From Octopus vulgaris (lineage: Eukaryota), in the NCBI GenBank assembly GCA_951406725.2, contig OX597815.1, positions 18,972,001-19,036,000 on the forward strand: a stretch of 64,000 nt of DNA, written 5' to 3'. The notes below the pieces were generated by a model that saw only the letters and a list, made by a program, of their open reading frames with translations, had not been told where the DNA came from and did no database searches. The number at the start of each line of letters is the position of its first letter. Within the stretch, counting starts at the first letter, position 1. Made by a program: the position numbers and the translations under genes. This document shows positions 25,841 through 38,880 of this stretch, one piece after another.

Positions 25841-26245
25841 GGCGCAGGAGTGGCTGAGTGGTAAGTAGCTTGTTTACCAACCACATGGTTCCGGGTTCAG
25901 TCCCACTGCGTGGCACCTTGGGCAAGTGTCTTCTACTATAGCCTCGGGCCGACCAAAGCCTTGTGAGTGGATTTGGTAGACGGAAACTGAAAGAAGCCCG
26001 TCGTATATGTGTATATATATATGCATGTGTGTGTTTGTGTGTCTGTGTTTGTCCCCCTAGCATTGCTTAACAACCGATGCTGGTGTGTTTATGTCCCCGT
26101 TACTTAGCGGTTCGGCAAAAGAGTCCGATAGAATAAGTACTGGGCTTACAAAAGAATAAGTCCTGGGGTCGAGTTGCTCGATTAAAGGCGGTGCTCCAGC
26201 ATGGCCGCAGTCAAATGACTGAAACAAGTAAATGATAAAAGAAAG
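25841..26245 (+). mobile_element. SINE family A, full length
   Basis: ggcgcaggagtggctgagtggtaagtagc...ggttcagtccc...gactgaaacaagtaaa. Confidence 0.93.
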
Positions 26246-27791
26246 ATAGAGAAAGAATGATCTCTTTAGTTGCTTGAAAAATCTCAAAGATTTGACTTGT
26301 AAGGCTAAACGCTTTGAAAGTGAGCTGCAACGCTGCATTTAGTCTAATATGTTATAAAAGAAAATGTTTACAGTAAACCAAAATTGTTGCTGTTTCGTTG
26401 CAAGTCATGGTTAAGCAGCCATAGGTTAAAAGCGGTACTAGTGATGATTACTACCTTCTTTTATCTAGACGTAGTATTGTTAAGGGTGCATTGTCCAAGA
26501 TGAGAATTTGAGGGGCGTCTTGGTAATATTTCTTGCAAGCCGATCGACCACGTTGGGATATCCTAATTGGATGGGGGAGGATTGCTATTTAGTTGTTTAG
26601 CGTCATTTGAGATCTTATTGAGTAGAATCTTGATCATGCTATTATTTTAGAGGTCTTAATAATCATATTGCTAACGTGCTCTTGGTATATTTGAGATACT
26701 AGGCTGCGAGTTTAGGGATGTCAAAGTGCCAATAAAATGATCCCTCGATGATTCTCGAAGGGAAGTTAAGAAATATAGTAAACTAATTCAAACGATGATA
26801 CGAAGGTACAGTTGGCCACAATGCAATTGATGTTGATGTATCAACGGCAAAATATACAATAGCTCTGATAAACAATCTTGCTTTTAAGCAGTGATCCATT
26901 GAATCACCTTGAAACTGACTGCAACTCAGAAAACAACTTTAATTTGGACTTTGTTATCCAATCGCATGCATCTGATTGTTTGGAGGAATTTTTTATTAAG
27001 AATAAAACCTTATGTACATCCTAATGTATTATAAAACAACACTGATAAAAAGAAAACAGCAGAGGATAGGAAATTTAATTAAAGTGTGTATGTGTACACA
27101 AAACAAATGAATATGTCCTCAAGATATTTACTTGGATAATCATGTTGTACAATCGAGCTTCGCCTAAAATGTTGCCTTTCTGATGTTATTAAGATTGTTT
27201 ATATCATTAATTGAATTTTGATTCCTCTATAAGTTGTTATGTAACAAGTTAATGAAGTAAATGCGCTTTTTCATAACATAGCTTGAACGTCCAATATATA
27301 CATGTCTGTGTTTTTTTTTGTGTGTGTACCATGTCGATATATCATTCATTAATTGCAGTTCATTCCCGCTTTACAACAATTTGCTCTTATGTAAATGATA
27401 AATAATTTCCAAATTAGCAGATACATGGATATATCTACTTTATTCCAGATATTTACATATTTGCAAAAAGGAGTAACACTTTTGATTTCTGTTATCTCTA
27501 GATAGTATATGAAACGTGCGTATAGAATCTTTAGGAATTTCCAATATATTTTTTTCTGTATCGTTTCATGTCAGTCTATTTTTTTTGTACAAACTTAGAT
27601 ATTTTGGAAACAAATATAACTTATATTTGAGCAATTCCAATTCGAGGAGTTGAATTTGTTCCTTATTTCAATAACTTTGATAACCTACCACCATCTGCCC
27701 AAAATGAAGATTCCACTCGTATCGAAAATATCTAGCCTTCCTTCTGAATTGAAACGTATTTGAACAAGAAAAGAATGAAGACAGAAACAAA

Positions 27792-27823
<32 letters not shown>

Positions 27824-28560
27824 AGGTTATTCTTTGTTAGAATATGTTTGAGAACAATATAACATTTATCACGTCACATTGTATAAGAGCTATGGTAATC
27901 TATCACATTCCTGTTACAGTATTCAGAATGAAAAGGCTGGTTTACAGATAAATGAGCCACAGCACGCACGCGGCAACGTTATCTATGTCACTGATCCAAG
28001 CAATGAGATTTAAACCATGTAAATATTCCCTTGATAACTAGAGAGCATAAGATGTAAACCTGCTCACATAAATTGAACATATCTGTCAACTTTCACGTTT
28101 AATTAGAACCAAATCGAGAACCCAGTACATTTTTTTATGTATATCACATTTTAAAACAACACTGACGTTTAAACTATTTCTTTGTTTTTAATCTCTGCCT
28201 CTTTTGTATCCATCTTTCGCTTTCTTCATCTCAGTTTTTTTTATTATATCATAATATTCTATGAACCTCGCTTTGTTTTCTTTTCCTATTTATTTTCTCT
28301 CTCATTTCTTGTATCGTTTCTCTGTGAACACATTTCTGTATAGACATAACTTTATATTTAATAGTAGTAATTTCTACGAATATTTCCTACAGTCTTACTT
28401 CACTTCTGATCAATGTTTTAAACTAGTATCGAGTGAATTATAGATTTAGTTTTGCTGTTTATTTCTGAACATGAAATACTATTCCCCATTTACTTGTATA
28501 GCATCAAATTTCTATCGAGCAATTGTAGTTCCAATAATTCATGTTCTATGATTTAATCTG

Positions 28561-28618
<58 letters not shown>

Positions 28619-30309
28619 CTAAAACAATGTTATTTTTAAAATGGAATGTATTGCTTGAAAAAGTTGACATGTGTCTGTATAAAATCAAAAGTCATAATTT
28701 AAGTGTTAAACCAGCAGTAAATTGCCCATATCTCTCTTATATCCAATGTTATAAGCGTGGTGAATCATTTGTTTTGTATTGATGACATAGAAACCTAACT
28801 ATCAGAATGAGCAAAACAAATCTATATTTTTCATATAAATCATACATACTGTTTTGAAATTGTTACAACGTAAATAGCAATATAGATTAAAGTAGACCAA
28901 AAGTACGAACCATCCGTTTTACATAACATTGTTCATTGTTAGAAGCACAATATACTGCTTACTCAGAATTGATGAATCTTAGGCTCTACAGTTATTTGTG
29001 CGTTGATAATCAGTTTTGTAACATTGATTGAAATAAACATTGAAAGTAAAGCATTGATCATTGTAAATATTAACTTAGATTAACAATTTAAAAGTTTGAT
29101 CTCATAAAGGGTTGCATGTGGAACTGTGGAACTGGTAACAGCAAGAAGTTAAGATTCATCTCGAACTTCTGTAGTTTGGTTGTTGGAGAAAAAAAGGGAA
29201 GAATAGGAGCGAGGGGTGTTCTCTACGCCAGCAAAAGAAGGATTAAGAGTGAATTGTAATCGCGACTTTGGGAAATAGGACATTGTAGAAATTCAGAAAG
29301 ATGTTGAGCCTTTGAGTTTCAGTTTTGGATTATACAGGGCTTACATTTCCAGAAGGAAAGAAATTATTATCCTAATGGTAGAAAGAGAGAAAGAGGCTTT
29401 GTTCTGCCTGTATTATGAGCACACTTTGATCCCTTTTACAGTTTTCATACGTTGTCCTGGTTGTATGTTAATGGGAATTTCGCCAATATGTAATATTTAA
29501 AATTAAAAGAGAACTTTTTAAGATTTCAGTTCAAGGAAATACAATTATCACATTGCGTCAGCCAGTTATATCACAGAATTCTTTGTACCAAGAAAGAATT
29601 CGATTTATAAAGAATTCGATTTATATTACAAAATCGTTAATCTATCCTAAATATTTGCAATCTGTATTATATATTTGGTTATATTTACACTTTAGATGTT
29701 TTTATACTTGTATGTGTGTGGCTAAATATAGTGTGTGTATGTGACTACGTGTGTATATGACTGTGTGTGTATGTGTGTGCGTGGGTATGTATATAGAAAC
29801 TGTAAATTAATTTACGTTCTTACTTATATTAAGCATGGACTTATCTTCACTGCGTAATTCAGATCTGAAGTTCAGATTCAGCGCTCTCTCTCTCTCTGCA
29901 GATCGAAATAAAAGAACAACCTGATGCGTTTCGTCAAAATGGATACACAAATAGACAAACGAGGCGGGTAAAATAGGGGCCAACTACTCGTAGTATATTT
30001 TTACAAGTAGTTATAACTTTCTTCTATGTTACTAGGAAGGAGATATCCGTATCGCCGACAAATTGACATACTCAGAACAAACAGCTCTAATATATTGTTC
30101 TGGAGAGGGAGGCCAATGTAGAAGCCATATTATTTATGCAATGAGGTTAAGTATATTTTGAAGAAACGCAAATATATCTATTAATGCAAATGTATTTACT
30201 ACATACACACGCGCACGCGCACAGAAGCACATATATACGCACACACATACACACACACACACACATATATATACATACACACACATGCACACACACACAC
30301 ACACATATA

Positions 30310-30761
30310 TCAAGGGTTGAACAGAAAGAACACAACGAGGAGAAAAGATTAGAAGAAAGCAGAGTTAACGGGAAAGTAGACGAAAACGTAACGGGCGGGA
30401 AATTTAGACAAAGACACGATACACGGAATATTTGCAGCTGAGTTTTCCTCGTCAGTCAATGACCCGAAATATCATAGTGGTTTCGTGCCATTGCCATTGA
30501 GGCGACTCAATTTTGGAGGCTCCAATGGTATTATTAATCTACTGGGAAAAAGAGAGAGAAGAGAAAGGTACAAGGTAAGTAAGCTAGTGAGGAAAGAGAG
30601 GGTAAGAGTGTAGAAAGAGATAGAGTAAGATTTAAGGTAAAAGCGTTAGAGTAAGAGGTATATGGATGTATCAAGGGATCAACAGAAAGAACAAAAGAAG
30701 AAAAAGTTAGACGAAAGTAGAGCAAACGGGAAACTAGACAAATATTTAACGTGCGGTAAAT

Positions 30762-30765
<4 letters not shown>
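30310..30765. repeat. Diverged ~95-bp direct repeat pair
   Basis: caagggttgaacagaaagaacac...aacgggcgggaaattta (30311-30405) vs caagggatcaacagaaagaacaa...aacgtgcggtaaattta (30672-30764). Confidence 0.75.
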
Positions 30766-30842
<77 letters not shown>

Positions 30843-30844
<2 letters not shown>

Positions 30845-30960
30845 TGGTAAGAAGCTTGCTTCCCAACCATATGGTGCCGGGTTCAGTACCACTGGGTGGC
30901 ACCTTGGGAAAGTGTCTCCTACTCTTGCTTCAGGCCCACCAAAGCCTTGTGAGTGGATTT
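30843..30960 (+). mobile_element. SINE family A 5' fragment
   Basis: tggtaagaagcttgcttcccaaccat...gggttcagtaccactg...ccttgtgagtggattt. Confidence 0.85.
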
Positions 30961-31033
30961 AGAACCTACGCTCTGACTCTTCAACAGAAAGAAACACAAT
31001 GAAATAAACATATATATATATATATATATATAC

Positions 31034-31112
31034 ACTTTATTTAAAGCACGAGAAAATTCAACAAAATCTGTTACTCTATGTTTCTCGTTGCCGTTCATCA
31101 GACAGTTTTTGC
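31034..31112 (-). mobile_element. Penelope-like pLTR fragment with hammerhead (same family as 19.4 kb)
   Basis: Minus strand AAAACUGU-CUGAUGA-ACG(GCAA)CGA-GAAA-CAUAGAG-UA/ACAG-AUUUU; core intact, stems II and III mismatched; (TA)n on both sides. Confidence 0.7.
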
Positions 31113-31133
31113 TATATATATATATATAGAGAG

Positions 31134-31228
<95 letters not shown>

Positions 31229-31257
31229 AATATAGATAGATAGATATTAACTATTAC

Positions 31258-31562
31258 TTATTTCACTCGTTTGATTGCGGCTATTCTGAGTCACCATTTT
31301 GAAGGTTTTCTCGTCGAACAAATATACCCCAGCAGTTATTTTTTATTAGACCTAGCATGTATACTCTCCGTCTATTTTGTCACATTGCTAGGTTACAGGG
31401 ACGTAAACACTGCATCCCCAGTCGTCAAGCGGAGATGGCGGACAAATACACACCACACACACATACACACACACAGTAGAAGATACTTACCCAAGGTGCC
31501 ATGCAGATGGATTAGATCCAGAACTATGTGGCTGAGAATCAAACTTCTCACTATACTACCAC
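31258..31562 (-). mobile_element. SINE family A, old diverged copy
   Basis: tttcactcgtttgattgcggctattctgag...gacgtaaacac...ttacccaaggtgccatgcag. Confidence 0.75.
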
Positions 31563-31564
31563 CT

Positions 31565-31934
31565 GCCGAGTGGTTAGGGCAGCAGACTCGCGGTCATAGG
31601 ATCGCGGTTTCGATTCCCAGACCGGGCGTTGTGAGTGTTTATTGAGCGAAAACACCTAAAGCTCCACGAGGCTCCGGCAGGGGATGGTGGTGATCCCTGC
31701 TGTACTCTTTCACCACAACTTTCTCTCACTCTTACTTTCTGTTTCTGTTGTACCTGTATTTCAAGGGGCCGGCCTTGTCACTCTCTGTGTCACGCTGAAT
31801 ATCCCCGAGAACTACGTTAAGGGTACACGTGTCTGTGGAGTGCTCAGCCACTTACACGTTAATTTCAAGAGCAGGCTGTTCCGTTGATTCGGATCAACCG
31901 AAACCCTCGTCGTCGTAACCGACGGAGTGCTTCC
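31565..31934 (+). mobile_element. tRNA(Arg-like)-derived SINE family C
   Basis: A box gccgagtggttag, anticodon-arm-like gactcgcggtc, B box ggtttcgattccc; the 3' part gggtacacgtgtctgtgga...ctcgtcgt recurs at 38768-38880. Confidence 0.8.
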
Positions 31935-32447
31935 ATCCCATTCATAGGGATGCACGTATTTGAAAAACAGGACGCTACATTAAAAGAAAATTTGAGAAAG
32001 AAAAGCGTGGGGGAAGGTGTATAAGTGGAATGAGAAAATGTGAAACGAGAAAACAAAATGTGAGTACATCCAGAAAATGAAATGAAAGAAAGAAACCCAA
32101 TTCAGCCGCAGCCTGTCCGGATTGAACAGTTGGCTTTGGCCTAATCTCTGTTGAAGTATTCTGCGTCTGCTAGATTAATTATGAATTCGATGGAGAAACT
32201 GGACAAAAATGTTTGTTAACTTTTTCTTTCTTTCTCCATTCTTAGTTACTCGTGTTTTCTCATACTGCAGTGTCTTGCTTTTCAAATAACACTAGTCACG
32301 TGTATTCGAGCCTGAAAAATTGCTCGAAGATACAAGTCAGAGTATATAAATCTGCCAAATTAGTTTGATTCCGCAGCATTGTATTATTAGTATTTCATTT
32401 TAAATGCTGAAGGTCTGCTTTCTTGTAGATCCTATGTATAACAGAAC

Positions 32448-32495
<48 letters not shown>

Positions 32496-32589
32496 TATAT
32501 ATATATGTATCTATATAAATGTATGTATGTATAAATACATACAGACAGACAGACACACACACACATATATATATATAAAGATGTAAATA

Positions 32590-33107
32590 ATGGAGAAGCA
32601 TAATGAACTTTATTCAACAATAAGCATCAAAATATCATGGCAAATTTGTTTCAGTGATGCCAAAACATATAAATAGATCATATTATCTACTCACATGTCT
32701 CTATTAATTTGAAATACGAAAAGTTCACTGAAAATAATGCAGAATTTGAGCTACCTCACCAGGTGAAAATGGTTAATTGTTAAATACATCACGATTTTAA
32801 TATACTTTCTCGATTTGATGATATAGGAACGCTGTGTTATAATTTTTTTTAAATACGGAAGATGATATTGACAGAATTACGATAAATAAAATGATTTTCT
32901 GATAAATCAAAGGGGATTTGAGTAATATAATTTTAAAAATTCATAATTGTATAAACATTATTAGAAATTAAATAAGTACTAAATATGAATTAACATTATA
33001 ATAAAAATGATGTATTTAACAATATAGAGAAATACGTATGCAAACATACACGCACGCACACACACATATACATACGTAAGCACATATGTATACACACATA
33101 CATACAT

Positions 33108-33144
<37 letters not shown>

Positions 33145-33505
33145 ATACAAAAATGGGACAAGAACGCAAAACATCCAGACAGGGGATACAAAAGAGAGAC
33201 TACAAAGCATCCAGACAGATGACACAAAGAAAGGGTCATTCGGAGTTTTCTTTCCTCAGTCGAGTTCCAGATTGTCTTTGTAATTTCGGCTGGTTATACA
33301 CGAGATTGCTCTAATCTGGTCAGCCCCAAGGAAAAGCTAAGCTAAGAGCACTCGATTCCTTGGAAGAAAGCTGCGAATGTATACGAAAACAAGGACGGGG
33401 AAAAACGGAGAAATGTTACACAAATACAAATGCAAATATATATATATATATATACACACATATGTATATATATACATACATACACACACATATATACATA
33501 TACTC

Positions 33506-33548
<43 letters not shown>

Positions 33549-34393
33549 CATCCATATACATAGAACTACGTACACATATACATAAACGTTTATATACAAA
33601 CATATACAACGTACACACACATAGACAAATATATACACTTACATAGATATATATTCACACAGCTATATATATATAGAGAGAGAGATCAATACATGCGTAT
33701 ATAAACAGTAGGAGCACCCCAGGGAGACTTATATACTTAGAAATATATACATATGTAATAAAAATATTTACAATCATACTATTACTAATAAGAATAGAAA
33801 ATATAATTATTATGATAAAAAACTCACCCATTGAAGAATTCTAAAAATATAGATGATGATAATAATTATAATAACAGTTTATATGAAAATATAAATTGTA
33901 GTAATAATGACAAATTTCATAATCCGTATTGTAAAAAAGCCTAATTGATAGAAAAACTTTTTGTGGTTTAACCTACATTTTAGTTTAAATGTAGCATAGG
34001 ATAAATATTTCCCTAAACCCATATTCTAATCCATATCACAGTATCTTCAATAGACATACGGTTAAATTATTATACTCTAATATGCCCAAAGTTACTGATT
34101 ATGTATCTAGATTTTATTATTGAAAACTAAAATATCTAGTATCAAATAATCAAACAAATAATGATATACTAAATACTAACAGAAATCGTCCACTATAATA
34201 TCTAACCTAAATAATAATCATAATCATGCTCCTAGAGCCATTAATAACAACGTCACAATTAATAACTTAAATGTGTATATTATGAAGAATAATAATAACA
34301 ACAACAACGGAATTTGAATTGAGAACGTAGTGGCAGAGGAAATACCGATAAGTATCTTGCCCAGCGTGCTAATAATTCAGCCAGCTCACCGCC

Positions 34394-34446
<53 letters not shown>

Positions 34447-35082
34447 TAATCCATAATTTCAAATTCTCGACTTCAAGAGTATCCTCTCTGTCTGTCGTGA
34501 CCTGAAATCAGCAGTAGCCATTGAGTTTATCAAGTTGTGTTGTTGCTGAAGGACCACTGGCAGCAAGGACGGTCAGCAACAACACAGATTGATATATATG
34601 TAATATGTGTGTTTGCATACGTATCTCTCTATATTATTAAATGCACCATATTATAATTTTTTAGTTATATTTCTAAATTTTCTAAATACTAGTAATGTTT
34701 TTACAATTATTGATTTCTTAATTATATTATTCAAGTCCCCATTAATTTATAAGAAAATCCTTCTATTTATTTATAGTTGTTTAGTCATTATCGTCTTCCG
34801 TAGTTATTTTAAGATATAATACGGCGTTCGTATATCATAAAATTAAGAAGGTATATTAAAATCGTGATGTATTTAACAATTAACAATTTTCACAGTGATG
34901 AGTTATCCCAAATTCTGCATTATATTCAGAGAACGTTTCGTATTTCAATTTAATGTAGACATGTGAGTGGCTTATTATTAAATACAGTAATATGAACTAT
35001 TTACAGGTTTTGGGATCAGCGAAACAAATTTGTCATGATATTTTGATGCTTATTGTTGAATAAAGTTCATCATATATCTCCA
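32590..35082. repeat. 2.5-kb foldback with ~460-bp diverged inverted arms
   Basis: 32590-33048 (tggagaagcataatgaactttattcaacaataagcatc...aatatagagaaatacgtatgcaaacatac) is inverted at 34607-35082 (gtgtgtttgcatacgtatctctctatatt...gatgcttattgttgaataaagttcatcatatatctcca); many colinear blocks. Confidence 0.9.
34308..34395 (-). mobile_element. SINE family B 5' fragment next to (AAT)n
   Basis: ggaatttgaattgagaacgtag...gcgtgctaataattcagccagctcaccgcctt. Confidence 0.8.
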
Positions 35083-35419
35083 TATGTATATTTCCATATA
35101 ATCTAAATGTTTTATGATATGGCAAACTAAGGAGCATTTTTATGAATACTACCGGAATACTTGAATCCATATATCGTGACATATATAGGTATGTATGTAT
35201 GTATGTATGTATGTATGTATGTATGTATGTATGTATGTATGTATGTATGTATGTATGTATGCATGTATGTATGTATATATGTATATATGTATGTATATAT
35301 GTATGTATATACATATCTATCTATATACACATATACAAACATATATTTATATATATCTATGTATATATATACACACACGCACACATATATATATGTATTT
35401 ATGTATGTATGTATGTATG

Positions 35420-35486
<67 letters not shown>

Positions 35487-35969
35487 CTATCTATATACAC
35501 ATATACAAACATATATTTATATCAATACACACAAGCACATATATATGTATATTTATGTATTTATGTATGTATATGTATATATATGAGCTGAATCTAACTT
35601 TATCTCGCATTACTTTATGTTTCATGTTACCATTTCTACAAACAATTACAGTAGTGTATATGCGGAACAATATATAAGCAAAGTTGTTCAATTTATTCCA
35701 AAGCACATGAAAATACGATCAGCAACAAACATTTGGATGGTGACAATATATGTTGTCAGGAATTTGTAATACATACGCCAACTCAATTGTTGTAGGCATA
35801 TTTCATATATTTGTATGCTAAAATATTCATATACAAAATATATGAAATATTTATCTGTAGGGATAGGGGAATGCACCACGTGTTCAGCATACGAAATTTC
35901 TGTATGATGAATGTCCTACGTATCTTCTAAAGTTTTTTTTCTTTATCAACCCATCAAATTTCGCTGACT

Positions 35970-36327
35970 TTTTTAACTTGTTTCAGTTATTTGACTGCGG
36001 CCATGCTGGAGCGCCGCATTTAGTCAAGCAAATCGACCCCAGGACTTGTTCTTTGTAAGCCTAGTACGTATTCTATCGGTCTCTTTTGCCGAACAACTAA
36101 GTTACAGGGACGTAAACATACCAGCATCTGTTGTCAAGCGATGCTGGGGGGACAAACACAGAAACATAAACACACACATATACATATATACGACAGGCTT
36201 CTTTCAGTTTCTTTCAAGGCTTTGGTCGGCAAAAGGCTATAGTAGAAGACACTTGCCCAAGATGCCACGCAGTGGGACTGAACCCGGAACCATGTGGTTC
36301 GTAAGCAAGCTACTTACCACACAGCCT
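35970..36327 (-). mobile_element. SINE family A with a small internal deletion
   Basis: cttgtttcagttatttgactgcggccatgctggag...gggactgaacccggaaccatgtgg. Confidence 0.9.
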
Positions 36328-37229
36328 ATTCATATTTTATGTTCATATTTTATGTATATTTTATGAATTTATTGCCTCAGTGCTGAATAATTTGTGCTAT
36401 ATGAAAATTTGTGGTTTTAAACGCGATAAATATACATTTCGCATCTGAGCCAGAAAATTAATCATAGTTTAACTCACAGATTGGCATTTATATAACGCCC
36501 AAAGTTTCCTTCCTACTCAAACATTTCCCCACTTTACGTTCAGGAAATTTCTACAACCTCACCATGTACGGAAAACATAATCTAAGCTAAACAAGGTTGT
36601 ACCACTAAAGATTCAATTACAATGAGGGAGAGTGAAATGTCTTGGTCTGTCCAAAATTCGTGTTTCAGGAAAAGAGCATATTTTGAAAACCACATAGATT
36701 AAGTTTCTCATACTTTTGAAGAGAAAACGAAATATATAATGAACAGCTGTTCCAATGTATACCTAATTCGTGAGCTGACTTGAAGCTGCAGTCTATATGC
36801 ACTCCCCCACACACAACCCCCACGCATACTCATATACACACACATACATACATACTCACACACACACTGCAAACAAAACACACACATACATACACGCACA
36901 TACACATACATACACGCGCGTACACATACTTCAAATTATCAGTACATTCTACTGACCATTCCCTTACACACCTGTGTAGGTAGACACAAAACAAGCAGCC
37001 ACTCCTACCAAAATTCTTACTATAAATTCTTCCTATGCTCTTAAACGATACTAAACCTAACCACACACATAGATAAACAGCCACAATCACACACACGCAT
37101 ACACGCATATCATTATACACACAAGCACAGACCTGCGCGCACGCACATAACCACACATACACACACATATCTCCTTATCTTGCACTTTCCCGTCTTTGAA
37201 AGAAGTTTTACTTCCTCCATTCCCTTCCG

Positions 37230-37380
37230 GTCATTTCAATATGTGACCGCGTGTGTATCGTTGGCGATTTTCTTTCTCCGTCTTCCCTTCCTTGGACCCT
37301 TCCTCTTCTATGTTTCTGACGATGCTCTCCGCTTAAAACGTTAAATCCTCCTTCTTTATTTCCTTTCCTGATTTGCTAAT
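37230..37380 (+). mobile_element. Penelope-like pLTR fragment with decayed hammerhead
   Basis: tgtttctgacgatgctctccgcttaaaacgttaaa at about 37311-37345 (CUGACGA present, GAAA lost) in a pyrimidine-rich context like 5941-6097. Confidence 0.45.
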
Positions 37381-37911
37381 ATTTGTATATCGTTGTTCTT
37401 GAGAAATGGCTAGCTAAGGGCTGGCAAATTCTGTTAATTCCGAAAACATTCCAGGCACAGTGTTAGAGAATTTCTGATACAGCCTGGCTACTGTGTTCAA
37501 TGACTGAACCTTGCAATTTCAATAGAAAGAAATATGAAAATTGTTGACTGAAGACTAAGCTTGACATTACTAACAAAGAATTCCAGCTATATATCAAATC
37601 ACACGATGCTCTTATATAAACAGAAATTCAAACCTACGACTATATTTTCTTACAAATCATACGTTCTTGGGAATTAACTATTGGAGGTGAAAAAATAATC
37701 TATTTAATGAATGATTATATCATCATTTATGTGGGTCAAACTGGCGTTACTACTAGTTTGGTTGTGAAATATTATTTGTAATGGAAAGGAAAGGATGGAA
37801 AAGAAAATATTTTGTTCCAAGTGGGATCTCATGTCATTGCTATTTGAACGCAATTATGATAAATATAGGTGTAAGTGCGCTTGTGAGAGCATGAATATAT
37901 TAAATATTATT

Positions 37912-38319
37912 TATTTATTGCTCACAAGGGGCTAAGCACAGAGGGGACAAACAAGAACAGACAAATGGATTAAGTCGATTACATCGATCCCAGTGCATAA
38001 CTGGTACTTATTTAACCGAAAGGATGAAAAGCAAAGTCGATCTCGGCGGAATTTGAACTCAGAACGTAGCAGCTGACGAAATACCTATTTCCTTACTACC
38101 CACAAGGGGCTAAACACAGAGAAGACAAACAAGGACAGACAAACGGATTAAGTCGATTACATCGACGCCAGTGCGTAACTGGTACTTAATTTATCGACCC
38201 CGAAAGGATGACAGGCAAAGTCGACCTCGGCGGAATTTGAACACAGAACGTAACAACAGACGAAATACCGCTAAGCATTTCGTCCGGCGTGCTAACGTTT
38301 CTGCCAGCTCGCCGCCTTG
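37912..38319 (-). mobile_element. SINE family B head-to-tail dimer (full copy plus 5'-truncated copy)
   Basis: The full copy 38319-38088 runs directly into a second copy that starts at the internal ggtatttcgtc motif and ends near 37912. Confidence 0.88.
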
Positions 38320-38767
38320 AAGACATTTATTATGTGAGACTTTACTTTCCAGATTTGCTAGCCTGTCTAGGGAACAAAAACTACACAAAGAAGTTGAGCA
38401 TGTGTATATTGTTATTTGTCAAAATCTTGATATGTATTGCTAGTAGTGTTTCCAATTTTAAATGCAATTTTCTAAATATGCAATTATGTTGCTAGAGTCT
38501 GATGTTAAATTCGTTAGTGATTGTTTTTATATAATCAAAGCTATTTGGTTCAATTTAAATCTGGCACTGCTTGCATAATTACATAATTACTTTTTTTTTT
38601 TTGGTATTTACTGTTGACTTGCTACACGTTTTAAGGATAGTAGTTGCATACCTTGTGATCCATACCGTGTAAATGAAACTAAACAGAAGCCCAACTGTTT
38701 CACCTATTATTCAAATGGACAGCATTATAAAACAGTCTTAACGCTTATCCTGCCTGAACGTTATTTT

Positions 38768-38880
38768 GAGGGTACACGTGTCTGTGGAATGTTCAGCCAA
38801 TTTCATGCATGTTCAATGGGCAGGTGATTCAATTAATCGAACAACTGCATACTCGTCGTTGAAACCATGGGAGTCCATCC
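38768..38880 (+). mobile_element. SINE family C 3' fragment
   Basis: gagggtacacgtgtctgtggaatgttcagcca...actcgtcgttgaaaccatgggagt matches 31820-31930. Confidence 0.7.

Noticed and set aside
25770-26338. Recurrent small 'protein' ...RASFSFRLPNPLTRLW...PRSGTEPGTMWLV seen at several loci
   Set aside because: Antisense translation of SINE family A, not a gene family.
29902-29967. Candidate internal exon (ctctgcag|IEIKEQPDAFRQNGYTNRQTRR|gtaaaa)
   Set aside because: Open as phase 0, but splicing from the phase-2 donor at 1179 gives a stop within three codons; the acceptor is a (CT)n microsatellite. Cannot be supported without RNA data.
31565-31625. Possible tRNA-Arg gene
   Set aside because: No proper acceptor stem or terminator; it continues into a 300-bp SINE body whose 3' part recurs at 38768.
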